Positions 10,818-20,674 of a stretch of 64,000 bases of DNA are shown here, in pieces. Position 1 is the first letter of the stretch. Every line of letters begins with the position of its first letter. The notes beneath the pieces are model-generated. The model saw nothing but the letters and a program-made list of their open reading frames with translations. It had not been told where the DNA came from and did not search any database. The position numbers and the translations under genes were made by a program. Source of the DNA: Rhodocyclaceae bacterium (lineage in GTDB: Bacteria; Pseudomonadota; Gammaproteobacteria; Burkholderiales; Rhodocyclaceae); NCBI GenBank assembly GCA_011391215.1, contig JAABQX010000016.1, forward strand, positions 12,201-76,200, in the 5' to 3' direction.

Positions 10818-12007
10818 ACAACACTCTGACCCTCCGCCATGGCGAACCGCTGCGCCGCGATACTCGCACGGTCTTCTCGATGCTCGAAAAGTTGCAGGGC
10901 GGCATGCTGGATGTACGCCTGCCCGACGGTTCGAACACACTGTTCGGCGACGGCGTTCCGGGTGTGACGCTGCAGGTGCATGACGAGGCCATGTTCGGCC
11001 ACGTGCTGGCGCGCGGCGACATCGGCCTGGCCGAAGCCTATCTCGACGGACTCTGGGATGCGCCGGACCTGACCGGGTTCCTCACACTGTTGGCGCGCAA
11101 CCGTGAGGCTTTGCAAAAGGCCGTCTATGGCGCCTGGCACAAGCTGCTGGCCGCGCGAATTCGTCATTATTTGAACCATAACAGCAAGGCCGGCAGCCAG
11201 CGCAACATCATGGCCCACTATGATCTGGGCAACGATTTCTACCGCTTGTGGCTTGATCCGGGCATGAGCTATTCGGCCGCAATCTTCACCCGGGGGAATC
11301 AATCACTGGAACTTGCCCAGTATGCCAAGTACCGGCGCATCCTCGATCGGCTGCAGGCAGCACCCGGCGCGCGCGTGCTCGAAATCGGTTGCGGCTGGGG
11401 TACTTTTGCCGAAGTGGCGGAACGTGCCGGATTGCACGTCACCGGTCTGACCCTGTCGCCCGCCCAGCTGGAATGGGCGCAACGCCGTGCCGCCAGCGCC
11501 GACTTGCGCCTGCAGGACTATCGCGACCTCGCTGAGCGCTTCGACCATGTCGTCTCCATCGAGATGTTCGAAGCCGTCGGCGAACGCTGGTGGCCAACCT
11601 ATTTTGCTGCCGTAGCGCAAGCCCTGCAGCCGGGCGGGCGCGCAGTGGTCCAGAGCATCACCATCCGCGACGACCTGTTCGCCGATTACCGCAAGGGCAC
11701 CGACTTCATCCAGCAATACATCTTTCCCGGCGGGATGTTGCCGTCGCGCAGCGCATTCCGCCGGCAGGCCGAACGCCAGGGCTTGGTCGTGCAGGATGAA
11801 TTCGCCTTCGGTCTCGACTATGCCCGCACGCTGGCCCACTGGCGCGAGTCCTTCGAGGCGGCCTGGCCGCAGATCGCCGCGCTCGGCTTTGACGAGACCT
11901 TCCGCCGTCTCTGGCGCTTTTATCTGAGCTATTGCGAGGCCGGCTTCCTGGCCGGCAACATCGATGTCGTGCAGTTCGAGCTCGCGCATCGGCCGCCAAC
12001 AAACTAA
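10814..12007 (+). CDS. cfa: Cyclopropane-fatty-acyl-phospholipid synthase family methyltransferase
   Basis: NIMAHYDLGNDFY, LEIGCGWG, SIEMFEAVG, FIQQYIFPGG, YLSYCEAGF. Confidence 0.9.
   Translation: MNNTLTLRHGEPLRRDTRTVFSMLEKLQGGMLDVRLPDGSNTLFGDGVPGVTLQVHDEAMFGHVLARGDIGLAEAYLDGLWDAPDLTGFLTLLARNREALQKAVYGAWHKLLAARIRHYLNHNSKAGSQRNIMAHYDLGNDFYRLWLDPGMSYSAAIFTRGNQSLELAQYAKYRRILDRLQAAPGARVLEIGCGWGTFAEVAERAGLHVTGLTLSPAQLEWAQRRAASADLRLQDYRDLAERFDHVVSIEMFEAVGERWWPTYFAAVAQALQPGGRAVVQSITIRDDLFADYRKGTDFIQQYIFPGGMLPSRSAFRRQAERQGLVVQDEFAFGLDYARTLAHWRESFEAAWPQIAALGFDETFRRLWRFYLSYCEAGFLAGNIDVVQFELAHRPPTN
11484..11507 (+). repeat. Dispersed 24-bp motif copy inside cfa
   Basis: gccgtgccgccagcgccgacttgc (RAASADL). 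Confidence 0.65.
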
Positions 12008-13237
12008 ATGGCAGCTCTGCCAAGCTCGCGCGTCATTGCCTACGGCCTACTCGGCCTGCCGCTCGCCTTCGCGGCGTTGCCGGTGTATGTCCATGTGCCA
12101 CGATTCTACGCCGAGGTCGCCGGTATGGAGCTTGCCCTACTCGGGGCGATCCTGCTCGGCGCGCGTTTGCTCGACGCCGGCATCGATCCGTGGCTCGGCT
12201 GGCTCGCCGACCGCGTACGGCGCCCGACCATGGTGGCGCTGGCCCTGCTGCCGTTCGCGTTCGGCTTCGTCGCCCTACTCAATCCGCCGCAAACGCATGC
12301 AGCCTTCTGGCTGCTCGGTGCGCTGGCACTAACCACCCTTGGCTATTCAGCCGCCTCGATCGCCTACCAGGCCTGGGGCGCCGATGTGGGCAGCGATCCG
12401 GCCCAGCGCACGCGCCTGACGGCCGCCCGCGAAGGCTTCGGTCTGGTCGGCGTGTTGCTCGCTGCAGCCCTGCCAAGCCTGCTGGCGGCGAGCATGACGG
12501 AAGGCATCGCCCGACTGGCTTGGTTGTTGCCGCCGCTGTTACTGGTAGCGGCCGTCATCACGTTTGCAAAAGTCGGCGCTGGCGGGATGGCACTGCGCAG
12601 CGAACCGCTCTGGCCCAGCCTGCGTGCGGTCTTCGCCCAGCAGGCCTTCCGCCGGCTGCTGGCCGTATTCGTCGCCAACGGCATCGCCGCCGCGCTGCCG
12701 GCGACGCTGTTCCTGTTCTTCGTTGCCGACGTGCTGCAGGCGGAAGCCTACAGCGGCGCACTACTGGCGCTGTATTTCATTGCCGGCGCCGCCTCGCTGC
12801 CCCTCTGGGTCGTGCTGGCCAACCGCTACGGCCGGGTGTCGGCCTGGCTGCTGGCGATGATCCTCGCCATCCTGACCTTCGCCGGCGCCAGCCAGCTCGG
12901 GGCCGGCGACACCACGGCCTTCGCAGTGATCTGCATTGCCTCGGGACTGGCACTTGGCGCCGACCTTGCCTTGCCGGCGGCCATTGCCGCCGACCTGGGA
13001 GAACGGCAAGGGCAGGCCGGCGTCTGCTTCGGCGTCTGGAACTTCGTCGCCAAGCTCAACCTCGCGCTGGCCGCCGGGCTGGCGCTGCCGCTGCTCGCCG
13101 CGCTCGGTTACTCGCCAGGCCAGCAGACGGCACTGCCCGCGCTGAGTTTTGCCTATGCCCTGCTGCCCCTGTTGTTCAAGGGCTTGGCCGCCGCGCTGCT
13201 CTGGCGCTGGCGGCACTCTCTGGAGATCGACCGATGA
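12008..13237 (+). CDS. MFS transporter (GPH/MelB-like)
   Basis: ~12 hydrophobic segments; ARLLDAGIDPWLGWLADR. Confidence 0.88.
   Translation: MAALPSSRVIAYGLLGLPLAFAALPVYVHVPRFYAEVAGMELALLGAILLGARLLDAGIDPWLGWLADRVRRPTMVALALLPFAFGFVALLNPPQTHAAFWLLGALALTTLGYSAASIAYQAWGADVGSDPAQRTRLTAAREGFGLVGVLLAAALPSLLAASMTEGIARLAWLLPPLLLVAAVITFAKVGAGGMALRSEPLWPSLRAVFAQQAFRRLLAVFVANGIAAALPATLFLFFVADVLQAEAYSGALLALYFIAGAASLPLWVVLANRYGRVSAWLLAMILAILTFAGASQLGAGDTTAFAVICIASGLALGADLALPAAIAADLGERQGQAGVCFGVWNFVAKLNLALAAGLALPLLAALGYSPGQQTALPALSFAYALLPLLFKGLAAALLWRWRHSLEIDR
12568..12591 (-). repeat. Dispersed 24-bp motif copy inside the MFS gene
   Basis: aaaagtcggcgctggcgggatggc (KVGAGGMA). Confidence 0.85.
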
Positions 13238-13758
13238 AAACCTTGCTGATTGCTGCTGCCTTGACCGCCGGACTGAGCGGGTGCTCCTCCAACGGCGTCG
13301 AACAGTACCGCGCCGAAAAACCGGCACTGAAACTCGAGCAATACCTGAATGGCCAGCTGGATGGCTGGGGCATCTTCCAGGGACGTTCCGGCGAGGTCAA
13401 GAAACGCTTCCATGTCCTCATCGACGCCCAATGGAACGGCGACACCGGGGTACTGGATGAAAGCTTCACCTGGTCGGATGGCACGACATCCAAGCGCATC
13501 TGGACCTTGAAGAAGCAGCCCGATGGCCGTTACATCGGCACCGCCGACGACGTGGTCGGTGAGGCGATCGGCGAAGTCGCCGGTAACGCCCTGCGCTGGC
13601 GCTATGTGATGGCGTTGCCGGTCGATGGCAAGACCTATCACGTCGACTTCGACGACTGGATGTTCCAGATGGACGACCGGGTCATGCTCAACCGTTCCTA
13701 CATGTCCAAGTGGGGCTTCTCGCTCGGCGAGGTGACGCTGAGCTTCGTCAAACGATAA
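13234..13758 (+). CDS. DUF3833 family lipoprotein
   Basis: Lipobox LSGC; GTADDVVGEA.G...GNALRWRY, FDDWM. Confidence 0.85.
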   Translation: MKTLLIAAALTAGLSGCSSNGVEQYRAEKPALKLEQYLNGQLDGWGIFQGRSGEVKKRFHVLIDAQWNGDTGVLDESFTWSDGTTSKRIWTLKKQPDGRYIGTADDVVGEAIGEVAGNALRWRYVMALPVDGKTYHVDFDDWMFQMDDRVMLNRSYMSKWGFSLGEVTLSFVKR

Positions 13759-14513
13759 TGAATCCGCGCATTGGCGACTGGCGTGGCAAACGCGTCTGGC
13801 TGGTCGGCGCCTCGACCGGCATTGGCGCAGCCGTGGCGCAGGCACTCGCCAGCCGGGGCGCACGCCTCGCGCTATCGGCGCGCAACGCGGGAAAACTCGC
13901 GTCACTGGGGATTGTCGATGCGCTGATCCTGCCCTGCGACGTCACCGATACCGCAAGCATTGCCGCAGCGCATAAGCACCTGATAACTGCCTGGCATGGC
14001 GTCGATCTGGTCGTCTATCTGGCGGGCGATTACGTGCCAATGCTGGCCGACGACTTCGACCTGCAGAAAGCCGAGCAGGTCGTCGCCGTCAATTTCAACG
14101 GCGCGATGAAACTTGCCGCTAGCATACTACCTGACCTGCAGCCGGGCCAAGGCATCGCCTTCGTCGCCAGCGTGGCCGGTTATCGCGGCCTGCCCAAGGC
14201 GCTGGCCTACGGGCCGGGAAAGGCTGCGCTGATCCACTTCGCCGAATGTCTGCACCTCGAGCTGGCCCCGCGCGGCATCGGCGTATGGCTCATCAACCCC
14301 GGCTTTGTGGCCACGCGACTGACGGCGAAAAACGACTTCGAAATGCCGGCGCTTATCACCCCCGCACAGGCGGCGCAGGAAATCATGGCCGGATTCGCCT
14401 CGGGAAAATTCGAGATCCACTTTCCCAAGCGCTTCACGCGCATCATGAAGCTGCTGGCCCACCTGCCCTATGCGTGGTCATTTCCCCTGATCCGCCGCTT
14501 TACCGGAGCCTGA
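13758..14513 (+). CDS. SDR-family oxidoreductase
   Basis: GASTGIG, ASVAGYRGLP, YGPGK, NPGFVAT. Confidence 0.92.
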   Translation: MNPRIGDWRGKRVWLVGASTGIGAAVAQALASRGARLALSARNAGKLASLGIVDALILPCDVTDTASIAAAHKHLITAWHGVDLVVYLAGDYVPMLADDFDLQKAEQVVAVNFNGAMKLAASILPDLQPGQGIAFVASVAGYRGLPKALAYGPGKAALIHFAECLHLELAPRGIGVWLINPGFVATRLTAKNDFEMPALITPAQAAQEIMAGFASGKFEIHFPKRFTRIMKLLAHLPYAWSFPLIRRFTGA

Positions 14514-14514
14514 A

Positions 14515-14937
14515 ATGAAACTGGATGCCCTGATCGACTTCTATCAAACCTTCACGCCGGAAAGCGTCGCCCGCTTCGACGCGTTCTATGCCGATAACGT
14601 CTGGTTCAAGGACCCGTTCAACGAGGTGCGTGGCCTGCCGGCCATCCAGCGCATTTTCACGCACATGTTCAGCCAGGTCGCCGAGCCGCGTTTCGTCATC
14701 ACCGAGCAAGTCGTTGATGCCGGCGGCGCCATGCTGGTCTGGGAGTTTTACTTTCGGGTGCACCGTTGGGGCCGCGCCGAGGCGATGATCCTGCGCGGCG
14801 TGTCACATCTCAAATTCGATGACGCCGGCAAAGTGATGTTCCATCGCGACTACTGGGATACCGCCGAAGAGCTCTACATGAAGCTGCCGGTTCTTGGGAC
14901 GCTGATGCGCAGCTTGCGGAAGGCATTTGCCGCGTAA
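14515..14937 (+). CDS. SnoaL-like/NTF2-family protein
   Basis: FKDPFNEVRG, HRDYWD. Confidence 0.88.
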   Translation: MKLDALIDFYQTFTPESVARFDAFYADNVWFKDPFNEVRGLPAIQRIFTHMFSQVAEPRFVITEQVVDAGGAMLVWEFYFRVHRWGRAEAMILRGVSHLKFDDAGKVMFHRDYWDTAEELYMKLPVLGTLMRSLRKAFAA

Positions 14938-14959
14938 AAGTCGGCGGTGGCGGGACGGC
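14936..14959 (-). repeat. Dispersed 24-bp motif copy overlapping stop codon; left island boundary
   Basis: aaaagtcggcggtggcgggacggc. Confidence 0.85.
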
Positions 14960-15000
14960 GACAGCCGACCCTGAAGAGCCAGTCAGGTTTATCCATCCAA

Positions 15001-15209
15001 CGTCGCCAGTGCAGCGGTGACTGCCATTCTGATTTCATGACGTGAGAATAGTGTTTCGCCGATGTCATCATCGACCCAAGACGTTTTAAATGGCCGGTCC
15101 ACTCCGGATTGCTGCCTCTTGACCGTCGCTGAGTGGAGATTGCCGCCCTTGAGCAGGTGCGATTGCTTGTCAAAATGCCTACTCACACTTCCGACCCACT
15201 CCAGACATT
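15001..15209. repeat. Cluster of degenerate ~28-bp junction repeats
   Basis: Units at 15001-15028(-), 15089-15116(+), 15182-15209(-), all starting AATG. Confidence 0.55.
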
Positions 15210-15305
15210 TATGACATTCACATTTTTGCTGACACCACCCACTGCAGGCTAATTAGCCGATGCGTTTGAAGCCTTCAGCTTGCTCTTGCAGCAGCGCCAG
15301 TTCCC

Positions 15306-16016
15306 TCAGTCGCTCCCGACTGGTCTGGCGCCCGGCCGGGGGCCGGGCCAGTCGCGCAGCAGGCCATTCACCAACAGGTAGAGGAGCGCGGTGTTGAGCA
15401 GGTGCCAGAGGAAGTGGGTACCCAGGGGCCACGCGCCGCACAGGGCCATGTCCATGCTGCGGATGAGCAGGGAGACCAGGAACAGCCCCGCCGCCCAGGC
15501 ATGGTGGTGCCAGGCGGGATGACGCCGGGAGTCCAGCCAGAGGGCCAGCGATGCCAACGCCGCCCAAGTGGGCAGGTAGAGCGCCGACCCGTTCAGGAAA
15601 TCCGCCGGCACGGTTGCCAGCACGGCCGCGTTCAGCCCAAGGAAGGCGAGGAAAAACACCGCCGTCAGAACGGGGGAGGCCTGCAGTACGCGCGCCAGGG
15701 TCACCAGCAGGAAGACGCAGACGAAGACGGCGATCGGCAGTACGTCCGCCAGCATGGCCCAACGCTGGGCGTAAAGGTGCCACAGGCCACTGCCGACACC
15801 GATGCTGGCCAGCAGCAGGATCAGCAGCAAACGGTCCAAACGCCGGCAAGGGTGGCCGGCATGAAGCCGAAAATAGCGGCGCAGCAGCAGGCCGGCGGCG
15901 ATCAGAAAGGCAGCGTTGCTGACCAGATTGAAGGGCTCGGACCACAGCTCCGGTCCGGTGCGTTCGCAGTAGATGTCGAGGAACATAGAGGCAACGTCCA
16001 TCCCATCGTCTATCAA
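15306..16016 (-). CDS. Ceramidase-domain (CREST superfamily) membrane protein; start uncertain
   Basis: YCER...WSEPFN..SN, GSGLWH, GTHFLWHLLN; ~7 TM. Confidence 0.8.
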   Translation of the reverse strand: MIDDGMDVASMFLDIYCERTGPELWSEPFNLVSNAAFLIAAGLLLRRYFRLHAGHPCRRLDRLLLILLLASIGVGSGLWHLYAQRWAMLADVLPIAVFVCVFLLVTLARVLQASPVLTAVFFLAFLGLNAAVLATVPADFLNGSALYLPTWAALASLALWLDSRRHPAWHHHAWAAGLFLVSLLIRSMDMALCGAWPLGTHFLWHLLNTALLYLLVNGLLRDWPGPRPGARPVGSD

Positions 16017-16269
16017 TGCTCCGGGATTCTACCCCACGGTCCGCTCCCGTCCGGGGCGTCGTCAAGGCCGCGGACGTGTTGGAAAATGTCCGCTTTCCTG
16101 ACCACCCCGAAGAGTGCCAAGGATAGGAATTTCAATGCCATTTCATAACGGCCATGAGTGGACATTACCGGCGTAAAGTACAAGGTTAACAATGAACCTT
16201 TGCGCGCCGTATAGGCTTTACGCCAAAAGCCATTTAGTACACCCTTAAAAATTCCTATACCCTTCCAAA

Positions 16270-17022
16270 ATGCTGAATGTCGATGATGCACTTCGCCAAC
16301 TCGATGAAATCGTGGCTGGTACACCGCATGTCACAGACTACCTCGCTCACCGGGAGCGCCATCGTAGCGATGTCCTGCGTGTGCTCAATGCAGCAGATAA
16401 GGGTCTAGTACTTGAAATAGGTTCTATGCCATGCCATGGGACAGCCCTCCTCACACTTTGCGGAGTACCGGTCGTCGGTGTCGATATAGCCCCAGAACGC
16501 GCACAGTCATTGATTGATAAGTTGTCGCTTGACGTCCACCGCTGCAACATCGAGCGCGAGCAATTACCATTTAAAGATGAGTGTGTAGGTACGGTGCTAT
16601 TCGCCGAGACGTTTGAGCACCTACGGGTTGATCCTCTTTTTGTCCTGTCAGAGATTCACCGAGTCATGGCTTCCGACGGTCGCCTATTATTGACGACACC
16701 CAATCTCTACTCCGCACAAAATATTGTGCGGTTTCTAGCCGGCCGCGGAATTACTGATGGCCTGACCGAATTCTCGAAGCTGCGTAGGCTCGGCCATATG
16801 GGGCACGTGCGCGAATATTCACACAACGAAGTACGGCGTTTTTTGGAGGCAAGTGGGTTCGCTGTCGAGCATGTTGATTTCGCACACTACAATTTCAGAG
16901 GAAAGCGTGGCTTACTCGCACGGCTTATTTTCGCCTTGCTGCCGCGATGCTTTCAATCCTTTCAGGTTGTCATAGCTCGCAAGTCCGGACCGGGACAACG
17001 ACTCTTGCCGCTGCCAACATAA
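16270..17022 (+). CDS. Class I SAM-dependent methyltransferase (lower GC)
   Basis: VLEIGS, VGVDI, ETFEHL, LLLTTPN, HVREYS. Confidence 0.8.
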   Translation: MLNVDDALRQLDEIVAGTPHVTDYLAHRERHRSDVLRVLNAADKGLVLEIGSMPCHGTALLTLCGVPVVGVDIAPERAQSLIDKLSLDVHRCNIEREQLPFKDECVGTVLFAETFEHLRVDPLFVLSEIHRVMASDGRLLLTTPNLYSAQNIVRFLAGRGITDGLTEFSKLRRLGHMGHVREYSHNEVRRFLEASGFAVEHVDFAHYNFRGKRGLLARLIFALLPRCFQSFQVVIARKSGPGQRLLPLPT

Positions 17023-17245
17023 CCAAAACTCTTAATCGCCCGAATTGAGGTTTAGCCGGAACGCGTGAAAAGCTGTTAGTCCGCAATCAGTCGAGACTGT
17101 GTGAAAAGCACACAAAGATAAATGATATTTGCATCGTGCCCCATAGAATGCTCTACAACCGATCTTTTCGGCCTCGGCAATGGTCAGAGCACCCATGAGA
17201 AAGCTGATATTTTGAGTTTTCACACATCCTCAGTCTTAAGCTGAG

Positions 17246-17441
17246 CTTCGGCAGTGCAGCGGGTGCTGCAGTTGACGGCTACGAATTGGCGAGGCTGCTA
17301 GCGGCTGCTTACTGAGTCCACCTGCCGATCCAGCGGGTAGGATGTGATTAAGATGGCGGTCGGGACTCGGCCACTTGCAGTCATTCAAGGCACGCAAAAC
17401 GCTGCGACTTGAACGACAGGTAACGTATCTCAAACCTGCCG
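17246..17441. repeat. Cluster of degenerate ~28-bp junction repeats
   Basis: Units at 17246-17273(-), 17300-17327(+), 17358-17385(-), 17412-17441(+). Confidence 0.55.
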
Positions 17442-17557
17442 CTCGGCCCTGTATTTGGCCTGCCTGCTCATTGACCAATGCCACTATGAAATACATACCG
17501 CCCATTAGCTGCTGATTCTGTAGCACGGCTCACAAGTTCGAACGAATGCCATGTGAA

Positions 17558-18553
17558 TCAGTGTCGCAGTTCATCGAACTTGCATCGTAAAGTATCCGAC
17601 GGAAGCTCACCGAAGCATTCCTTGTACGCGCGCGAAAATTCACCGAAGTGCCAGAATCCCCAGTTCAGCGCCTCGGTGGAAACCGTCGTTGATCCCTGAG
17701 ATCCTGCCAAAAGCGCTTTGCGCACCCGATGCAGCCTGAGCCGGATCAGATAGGCCACGGGCGTAATTCCCATGATTCCCTTGAATGCATTTTCCAGGGT
17801 GCGTTCACTTGCTGCCGCAACTTTGCACAAATCGGTTACCTGGAGATGATCGCCAACATGCGCCAGGGCGTGCTCCTCGACGGTCTTGACCATGCGGCTG
17901 TAAGCCTGCCGTTTGCGCTCGCTGCGGGTGACATCGACGTCCTGGGCTTCACGCAGCGCGGTGATAAGCGTTTCAAAGAGCTCGACCTGGGCGGCCATCC
18001 GGACTTCCGGCCGCTCATTGAACAAGGCCGGCTGGCGTGCGGCGGTATCGACCAGCCGCTTCCCCCAGTCGAAAAACTGGCCAACCTTCTCAGCGCTTGC
18101 TTTCAGCGTTTCCACACCGTGCGGCAAACGGAAATCGCCCACACTGTGGCGGGCGAGCAAGTGCTCCATGAAAATCTGTGGCCGGAGCATGACGGTGATG
18201 CTTTGCCATCCGGGTTCGGTCACAAATCGTACTTCCGCTCCCGGCTCTACTGCCAGCATCAACCCCGCGCAGATCGGAAGCCCATTCACCGTCCCTCGCA
18301 CCTGCGGGCCAAATACTACATAGGCGAGGAGTTCTTCGCGCGCGCTCGTGCTGGACCTGACCCGTTGGTTGACTGAATGAAACATGACCGCAGTCGTCTC
18401 CAGACGGACGATGACGCGGCGTGCCCGCAGTGGCGTCGACGCCAGCAGCACCGCATCTTGCTCGATCAACTCGATGCTGGCGTTGGCGATCGTTGGGTCC
18501 GTAAACTCGACGACGTCGACAGCAGGACGGGCAATGATTTCAGGTGCTTTCAT
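17558..18553 (-). CDS. AraC-family regulator (EutR-like)
   Basis: C-terminal double HTH: SERTLENAF...YL..LRL...WGFWHFGEFSRAYKECFGELPSDTL. Confidence 0.92.
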   Translation of the reverse strand: MKAPEIIARPAVDVVEFTDPTIANASIELIEQDAVLLASTPLRARRVIVRLETTAVMFHSVNQRVRSSTSAREELLAYVVFGPQVRGTVNGLPICAGLMLAVEPGAEVRFVTEPGWQSITVMLRPQIFMEHLLARHSVGDFRLPHGVETLKASAEKVGQFFDWGKRLVDTAARQPALFNERPEVRMAAQVELFETLITALREAQDVDVTRSERKRQAYSRMVKTVEEHALAHVGDHLQVTDLCKVAAASERTLENAFKGIMGITPVAYLIRLRLHRVRKALLAGSQGSTTVSTEALNWGFWHFGEFSRAYKECFGELPSDTLRCKFDELRH

Positions 18554-18787
18554 GATTTAGTATTTTTTACGATTTTTGCGGAATTCCGATAGACGCACCA
18601 ACAGCCCCGGTTGAAACTGAGCCCCGACAGCAAACGGTGCAAACAGCTTGAGCATAGTTGGCATGGCGGGCGGGCGCAACAGCGGTCCGGGCCGAATAGC
18701 GGACGCAGGCGCCGACTATAGACGACGCAGGACCAACATCGAACGGTTTTCGGGGCGCTTCCCGAGTGGTCAACTAAGGACCAGTTT

Positions 18788-19765
18788 ATGCGAATGCAGC
18801 AAGTAAGCGACAATTGCTTTGCGGTTCTCAACGACAAGAACCGGGTGTGCGATGCGAACTCGGGACTCATCAACCTGGGCGGTGGCGTGGTGATCGACAC
18901 CCAGTCGGACCTGCCACACGCGCGCCGGATGATCGAACTCTTCGGGAAGGTATGGCCGCACATGCCGAAGCGGATCGTCAATACGCATGAAGACGGTGAC
19001 CACGTTTGGGGCAACCAGCTCTTCAAGGGTGCCGAAATAATCGCCCATCGGACGGTACTGGAGCGAATGCCGCACGTCGCCGACCCGAGCGAGACCCAGA
19101 AGCTGCTGGCGGGGGCTGATCGTTTTCTCTCGCGCTTGCTGCTCAAAGCCATTCATCCCGGCGCGCTGGCCATTGCCAGGCAGTTACAGCAGGACTACGA
19201 CTTCAGCGGGATAAATCTGGTTCTGCCGACGACCGTGTTCGATGAACGACACGTGCTGGATCTGGATGGCACGGAAGTCCAGTTGATCTACGTCGGGCCG
19301 TGCCATCAGGTCGGTGACACCATCGTGTACCTGCCGAAGGAGCGGGTGCTGTTCGCCGGCGACGTGATCTTCCGCGAATGCACGCCCATGGGATGGACCG
19401 GCAGCTACGAGAAATGGCTCAAGATTCTCGATCTCATCATCGCCCTCGATCCCGAGGTCATCGTTCCCGGGCATGGACCGGTCTGCGGGCTCGAAGGGGC
19501 GATGGAGATGAAGGCCTACCTCGACTACGTGCGCGAGGAATCGAGCAGCTTCTTTGCGCGCGGGATGAGCGCGCTCGACGCGGCCAAGCGCATCGACCTG
19601 GGCCCGTACAGCGCGTGGAACGCACCGGCGCGCGTCTACCTCAACGTCGAACGCGCTTACCGCGAGTTTCGTCACGAAGTCGAAGACCAACCCTGGGATA
19701 CGGCCAAAAGCTTCGACCAGATCTACAAGGTCGCCAAGTCCAGAGGCATACGGGTGGAGTTCTGA
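18788..19765 (+). CDS. Metallo-beta-lactamase-fold hydrolase (cyclase-like)
   Basis: VVIDT, NTHEDGDHVWGN, LFAGD, IVPGHG. Confidence 0.85.
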   Translation: MRMQQVSDNCFAVLNDKNRVCDANSGLINLGGGVVIDTQSDLPHARRMIELFGKVWPHMPKRIVNTHEDGDHVWGNQLFKGAEIIAHRTVLERMPHVADPSETQKLLAGADRFLSRLLLKAIHPGALAIARQLQQDYDFSGINLVLPTTVFDERHVLDLDGTEVQLIYVGPCHQVGDTIVYLPKERVLFAGDVIFRECTPMGWTGSYEKWLKILDLIIALDPEVIVPGHGPVCGLEGAMEMKAYLDYVREESSSFFARGMSALDAAKRIDLGPYSAWNAPARVYLNVERAYREFRHEVEDQPWDTAKSFDQIYKVAKSRGIRVEF

Positions 19766-19798
19766 GTCATGGGCAATGTCAAAGGAGGAGATACGACA

Positions 19799-20602
19799 AT
19801 GATGAAGTGCATATGCTGCCTGGCCTTTGCCGCGCTGCCGTTCCACCTGGCGCTTGCGCAGGAAGAAGATCAGGAGGCGGAGTTGGCGAAGAAGTTGTCG
19901 AATCCCGTGGCCGCAATGATCAGCGTGCCGGTGCAGTACAACCACGACGACTACGGTGGCCGCAACGACGGCGCGTCGGTCGATACGCTCGTTCTGCAAC
20001 CGGTGATCCCGTTTTCGCTGAACGACGACTGGAACCTGATCACGCGCACCATCGTCCCGTTTGCCGATGCGCACGATTTTCCTCTCGCGGCCCTCAATTC
20101 GTCGGGACTCTCGGACATTACCGCCAGCCAGTTCTTCTCGCCAAAATCGCCGACAGCGGATGGGCTCATCTGGGGCGTCGGGCCGGTCGAGCTACTGCCG
20201 ACGGCGGCCGACGATGCCCTCGGTCGCGGCAAATGGGGGCTCGGGCCGACGGCCGTGGTGTTGAAGCAAACAGGGCCGTGGACGGTCGGCTTCCTCGGCA
20301 GCCACATCTGGTCCGTGGCCGGTGATGACAAGCGCGACGACCTCAGCGTCACCTCGCTGCAACCCTTCTTCAGCTACACGACCGCGACGCACACAACCAT
20401 CGGTGCGTTCACGGAAAGCACTTACGACTGGCGAAACCGGCAGTGGTCGGTGCCGCTGATCGTGCAGGCCGGGCAAATGTTCAAGATCGGCTCGCAGATC
20501 GGCCAGCTCGCCATCGCCGGCAAGTACTGGGCGGAGGCGCCCGTCGACGGCCCCAGCGGTTGGGGCGTGCGCATCCAGCTCACGCTCCTCTTTCCAAAGT
20601 AG
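19799..20602 (+). CDS. Outer-membrane beta-barrel/transporter ('neuromedin U'-annotated family)
   Basis: Signal peptide, LAKKLSNPVA, LQPVIPF, WGLGPT, C-terminal LTLLFPK; AGGAGG RBS. Confidence 0.7.
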   Translation: MMKCICCLAFAALPFHLALAQEEDQEAELAKKLSNPVAAMISVPVQYNHDDYGGRNDGASVDTLVLQPVIPFSLNDDWNLITRTIVPFADAHDFPLAALNSSGLSDITASQFFSPKSPTADGLIWGVGPVELLPTAADDALGRGKWGLGPTAVVLKQTGPWTVGFLGSHIWSVAGDDKRDDLSVTSLQPFFSYTTATHTTIGAFTESTYDWRNRQWSVPLIVQAGQMFKIGSQIGQLAIAGKYWAEAPVDGPSGWGVRIQLTLLFPK

Positions 20603-20674
20603 AGCCGATGTCGACATTGCTTTCCGTCCGGCGATGACCGGTACACCCATTTCCCAGGTTTCCAAGGAGTAAGC

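Noticed and set aside
11932-13233. 608-aa ORF fused to DUF3833
   Set aside because: Alternate frame of the MFS gene; the lipoprotein starts at 13234
15253-15305. Possible 3' remnant of a gene (ELALLQEQAEGFKRIG*) next to the ceramidase gene
   Set aside because: Too short to assign without a search
17016-17081. Possible integron attC after the methyltransferase (..TAAC...GTTAG)
   Set aside because: No convincing internal L-box complementarity and no intI in the window
17032-17526. Short minus-strand ORFs (63 and 96 aa)
   Set aside because: No recognisable family; the 96-aa ORF overlaps junction repeats; probably fragments or spurious
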